In this document: piece by piece, positions 60,485 through 64,000 of the stretch
Position numbering within the stretch: the first letter of the stretch is position 1
Layout: every line of letters starts with the position of its first letter
NCBI GenBank assembly: GCA_029780075.1
Contig: JAKOZI010000076.1
Coordinates: forward strand, 2,911 to 66,910
DNA: 64,000 bases
Direction of reading: 5' to 3'
Origin: Pseudomonadota bacterium
GTDB taxonomy: Bacteria; Pseudomonadota; Gammaproteobacteria; Burkholderiales; Rhodocyclaceae
The notes under the pieces: model-generated
What the model saw: the letters and a program-made list of their open reading frames with translations, nothing else
Database searches by the model: none
Told to the model about the DNA's origin: nothing
Position numbers and translations under genes: made by a program

Positions 60485-62470
60485 ATGTCTGTTCTGAACC
60501 CTCCGCAACGCGAAGCGATCCGCTACCTCGACGGCCCGCTGCTGGTATTGGCCGGCGCCGGCTCGGGCAAGACACGCGTCATTACCGAGAAGATCGTGTA
60601 CCTGATCGAGTCCTGCGGCTTCAGTCCGAGCAATATTGCCGCCATCACGTTTACCAACAAGGCGGCGCGCGAGATGCAGACGCGAGTGAACAGGCTGCTC
60701 ACCGGCATGCCCTCGCGCAACCTCACGATATCGACCTTTCACGCGCTCGGTGTGCGCATCCTCCGCGAGGACGCCGGCAAGCTGGGCTATAAACCGACCT
60801 TCTCGATTCTTGATTCCAGCGACTGCTTTGGCATCGTCTCGGAGTTTGCCGGCAGCACCGACAAGGCCACCATAAGAAAGCTGCAGACCCTGATCTCAAA
60901 CTGGAAAAGCACCTTGATCTCGCCGGACGAAGCGCGGAGAAACGCCCGGGACGAAACCGAAACACTCGCGGCAAACGCGTTCGCGAGTTATTCGGCCACC
61001 CTGCAGGCTTATCAGGCGGTCGACTTCGATGATCTGATCACCCTGCCGGTGGCGCTTTTCGAGAGCCAGCCGGGCGTACGCGACAAATGGCAAAATCGCC
61101 TGCGTTATCTGCTGGTCGATGAGTACCAGGACACCAACGCCAGCCAGTACAAACTGCTCAAGCTCCTGGCCGGACCGCGCGCCGCATTCACCGCCGTAGG
61201 CGACGACGATCAGGCGATCTATGGCTGGCGGGGCGCCGACATCGCCAACCTGCGGGGACTGCCGCGCGACTATCCGAACCTCAGGCTGATCAAGCTCGAA
61301 CAGAACTATCGCTCGACCGTGCGCATCCTCAAGGCGGCCAACGCCTTGATCTCGCACAACGAAAAACTGTTCGACAAGAAGCTGTGGTCGGACCTGGGAC
61401 ACGGCGACCAGATCACCGTAAATGCCTGCCCGGACAAGGAAAAGGAAGCGGAATCGGTCGTCATGAAGCTGCAGGCGCATCGCTTCGAACATCAGGGCGC
61501 GTTCCGGGATTACGCGATCCTCTATCGCGGCAACTTCCAGGCGCGGGCCGTCGAACAGTTCCTGCGCAACCAGCGCATCCCCTACCTGTTGTCCGGCGGA
61601 CAGTCCTTCTTCGAAAAGGCGGAAATCAGGGACCTCACTGCCTACCTGCGTCTGCTGGCCAACAGCGACGACGACCCGGCCTTCCTGCGCGCAGTCAGCA
61701 CCCCCAGGCGGGGTATCGGTACCGGCACGCTGCAGGCACTCGGCAGCTATGCCGGCGAGCGCCAGATTTCCCTGTTCGCGGCGGCCTTCGAGCACGGTCT
61801 TGCGCAGCGCCTGCAAGCGCGCCAACTGACGCCACTGCTCGAGTTCGGCAACTTCATCAACCGCCTGCAACTGCGTGCCCAGCGGGAACCTGCCGCCCAG
61901 GTGCTTCCCGACCTGCTGACCGCGATTGCTTACGAGGCGTGGCTATACGATCAGGATGAGGCGCGCGCCGCTGGCGTCAAGTGGGGCAACGTCAAGGAGT
62001 TCTGCGACTGGCTGAGCAGAAAGGGCGAGGAGGAGCAGAAAACGCTGATTGACCTCACCCAGAGCATCGCGCTGATCAGCATGCTCGACAGACAGGATGC
62101 CGAGGTCGACGCGGTCCAACTGTCGACACTGCACGCCGCCAAGGGTCTGGAGTTCAAGCACGTCTTCCTGATCGGCGTCGAGGAGGGCATTCTGCCTCAC
62201 CGCGAAGCACAGTCGGCAGAGCGCATCGAGGAAGAACGGCGCCTGATGTACGTCGGCATCACACGCGCACAACGCTCGCTGCACCTGAGTTATTCCGAGA
62301 AGCAGCAGCAGGGTAGAGAACTGATCCCCTGTCAGGCCTCACGCTTCATTGCCGAGATGGGTAGCGAAGATCTGCGCTTCATCGGCGGCAAGGCGGCGGC
62401 CGCGCCGGACAAAGCCGCCAACGCGCAACGTTTTTCAGCGCTGAAAGCCATCCTGGGCAAGGTGCAATGA
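60485..62470 (+). CDS. rep: ATP-dependent DNA helicase Rep
   Basis: 'LAGAGSGKTRVITEKI', 'VDEYQDTN', 'LEQNYRS', 'AILYRGN', 'TLHAAKGLEF', 'EERRLMYVGITRA'. Confidence 0.92.
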   Translation: MSVLNPPQREAIRYLDGPLLVLAGAGSGKTRVITEKIVYLIESCGFSPSNIAAITFTNKAAREMQTRVNRLLTGMPSRNLTISTFHALGVRILREDAGKLGYKPTFSILDSSDCFGIVSEFAGSTDKATIRKLQTLISNWKSTLISPDEARRNARDETETLAANAFASYSATLQAYQAVDFDDLITLPVALFESQPGVRDKWQNRLRYLLVDEYQDTNASQYKLLKLLAGPRAAFTAVGDDDQAIYGWRGADIANLRGLPRDYPNLRLIKLEQNYRSTVRILKAANALISHNEKLFDKKLWSDLGHGDQITVNACPDKEKEAESVVMKLQAHRFEHQGAFRDYAILYRGNFQARAVEQFLRNQRIPYLLSGGQSFFEKAEIRDLTAYLRLLANSDDDPAFLRAVSTPRRGIGTGTLQALGSYAGERQISLFAAAFEHGLAQRLQARQLTPLLEFGNFINRLQLRAQREPAAQVLPDLLTAIAYEAWLYDQDEARAAGVKWGNVKEFCDWLSRKGEEEQKTLIDLTQSIALISMLDRQDAEVDAVQLSTLHAAKGLEFKHVFLIGVEEGILPHREAQSAERIEEERRLMYVGITRAQRSLHLSYSEKQQQGRELIPCQASRFIAEMGSEDLRFIGGKAAAAPDKAANAQRFSALKAILGKVQ

Positions 62471-62511
62471 AGGCTGCGCGGCATGCGGCCGCTTCGGGCA
62501 AGCCGCCGGAG

Positions 62512-62538
62512 AAAGACAAAAGAGGCCGAAAAGGCCTC
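62512..62538 (-). terminator. Intrinsic terminator of the cytochrome c5 gene
   Basis: Minus strand GAGGCC-TTTTC-GGCCTC-TTTTGTCTTT. Confidence 0.7.
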
Positions 62539-62574
62539 CCCTTGTCCTGTCCTGTCCTGGCTTCGCGTCCGGCG

Positions 62575-63021
62575 CTACTTGGCCAGACCCACCAGATGCT
62601 CTACCGCCGCCTTGACCTCGGCGTCGCTCAAGTCGGGGTTCCCCCCCTTGGCAGGCATCGCGTTCTTGCCGTTGATTGCGCTCTTGATCAGCGCAGCGCT
62701 GCCTGTCGCAATACGCGGCGCCCAGGCCGCCTTGTCGCCCGCCTTCGGTGCTCCGGCGGCACCGCTGGCATGGCAGGCCATGCACACCGCGTTGTACACC
62801 GTGGCGCCGTCGCGCGGCTTGCCGTCGGACTTGACTGCCGCCGCCTTGGCCAGTTCCACTTTCGCCACCGGCTGAATGCGTGCTTCCGCATCGTCATTAC
62901 CGGCCGTCTTGGTGCCCCCTTTGCCAATCATCGACAGCGGCCAGATGACCACGATCAGAATGACTGCGATGACGATGGTGATCATCAGGATCGACCTCGA
63001 AGAGTGTTGTGACTGAGCCAT
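62575..63021 (-). CDS. Membrane-anchored cytochrome c5
   Basis: TM anchor, 'RIQPVA', CMACH, 'WAPRIA', 'AMPAKGG'. Confidence 0.93.
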   Translation of the reverse strand: MAQSQHSSRSILMITIVIAVILIVVIWPLSMIGKGGTKTAGNDDAEARIQPVAKVELAKAAAVKSDGKPRDGATVYNAVCMACHASGAAGAPKAGDKAAWAPRIATGSAALIKSAINGKNAMPAKGGNPDLSDAEVKAAVEHLVGLAK

Positions 63022-63144
63022 GCCAAATCCTTGGTAGTCTGCGGTTAAGATGCGCGATTGTACCGCCGTTTCGCGCCGCCAAAAAGCCCCGGGCGAGCCA
63101 GGGTGGACTCCCTGGAGCAAACCGGTTAAGCTCTCTCCCTGCAC

Positions 63145-63221
63145 GCGCCCGTAGCTCAGTTGGATAGAGTACTGCCCTCCGAAGGCAGGGGTCGGACGTT
63201 CGAATCGTCTCGGGCGTGCCA
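63145..63221 (+). tRNA. tRNA-Arg(CCG)
   Basis: GCGCCCGTAGCTCAGTTGGATAGAGTACTGCCCTCCGAAGGCAGGGGTCGGACGTTCGAATCGTCTCGGGCGTGCCA. Confidence 0.95.
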
Positions 63222-63237
63222 TCAAGCTGAGCACACG

Positions 63238-63260
63238 AACCATCTACGGATGGCTTTTTC
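63238..63260 (+). terminator. Probable terminator after tRNA-Arg
   Basis: CCATC-TACG-GATGG then CTTTTT. Confidence 0.55.
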
Positions 63261-63367
63261 TTTGGTACGAACCCCATACGCAATGCCCCTCCCGGTCGGG
63301 CGCCTGAATCAAGCGCAGAGCGCCGCTCCCGCACGCCAGCACGCCGTCCGCACGAAGCCCGTCGTCC

Positions 63368-64000
63368 ATGGAACCTGATCTGCCGGATTCGACGGTGCCG
63401 GGACCGCGCACCGGGCTGCCGCGTCTGAGTTGCGTCGTGCCGGCGCTGAACGAACATGACAATCTGGCGTTGCTCCTGCCAGCCCTGGCCGAGATGCTGA
63501 CGCAAATCTGCTCGGTGTGGGAGGTTATTGTTGTCGATGATGGCAGCAGCGACCACACCCCGGAGTTGATGAGCGTCTTCGCCAGGATCAGCGGCTTCCA
63601 CTATCTGCAGTTGTCGCGCAACTTCGGCAAGGAGGCGGCGCTCAGTGCCGGGCTGGCGACGGCAGGCGGCGATGTCGTGGTCTGCCTTGATGCCGACCTG
63701 CAACACCCCCTCGCCCTGATCCCGGAGATGCTCGAGCGCTGGAAGGCGGGCGTCGATACCGTCTATGCGGTCAGGAAGAATCGCGGCGATGAATCCTGGA
63801 TCAAGCGTTTCGGGGCCGCGATTTTCTACGGGATTCTCGGACAGGGTCAGAGAGTTCGCATTCCCCCGGATGCCGGTGATTTTCGCCTGATGGACAGGCA
63901 AGTCGTAGACGCCCTGCTGCAATTGCCCGAACGCACCCGCTTCATGAAGGGCCTGTATGCCTGGGTCGGCTTCAAGGCCGAACCGATCCTCTATATTCCC
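63368..64000 (+). CDS. GT2 glycosyltransferase, GtrB/ArnC-like (partial, runs off window)
   Basis: Read manually: 'VVPALNE', 'VDDGSSD', 'SRNFGKEAALSAGL', 'DADLQHP', 'GDFRLMDR', 'RFMKGLYAWVGF'. Confidence 0.92.
   Translation, partial: MEPDLPDSTVPGPRTGLPRLSCVVPALNEHDNLALLLPALAEMLTQICSVWEVIVVDDGSSDHTPELMSVFARISGFHYLQLSRNFGKEAALSAGLATAGGDVVVCLDADLQHPLALIPEMLERWKAGVDTVYAVRKNRGDESWIKRFGAAIFYGILGQGQRVRIPPDAGDFRLMDRQVVDALLQLPERTRFMKGLYAWVGFKAEPILYIP

Overview
GC-rich betaproteobacterial chromosome segment, most likely Rhodocyclales. A 'Ca. Accumulibacter'-like host is my inference from gene content, not proven. 1-8.5 kb: pilMNOPQ (pilQ runs off the window), lptA-lptC-kdsD and a CPA2 (Kef-type) antiporter. 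8.5-25.8 kb: a second, MSHA-like type IV filament locus. It has a sigma-54-driven pilin, a split PrsK/PrsR-like two-component pair, an adenylyl cyclase at the end of the operon, a degenerate MshEN domain, and a G8-tract frameshift in the PilM/N-like gene. 25.9-32.9 kb: mlaFEDACB, ABC-2 pair, BolA, murA. 33-52 kb, accessory genes: a HAMP receptor with no recognisable output domain, an OprC-like Cu receptor with a Crp/Fnr regulator, and an ion-transport block (four CNNM/CorB paralogues as two hetero-pairs around a Na+/Pi cotransporter and a Na+/H+ antiporter). An amidase, a lipoprotein metallophosphoesterase, a solute-binding-protein relic and a DUF3334 gene follow. 52-60.2 kb: a collapsed island at the 3' end of tRNA-Met, with an integrase tail, an intact toxin-antitoxin pair, broken and chimeric type III R-M genes and a NUDIX cassette. 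The window ends with rep, cytochrome c5, tRNA-Arg(CCG) and a partial GT2. The best candidates for an undescribed system are the Na+-coupled Mg2+/phosphate module and the cAMP/sigma-54-wired MSHA-like pilus. All family calls come from motif recognition by eye; no searches were run.
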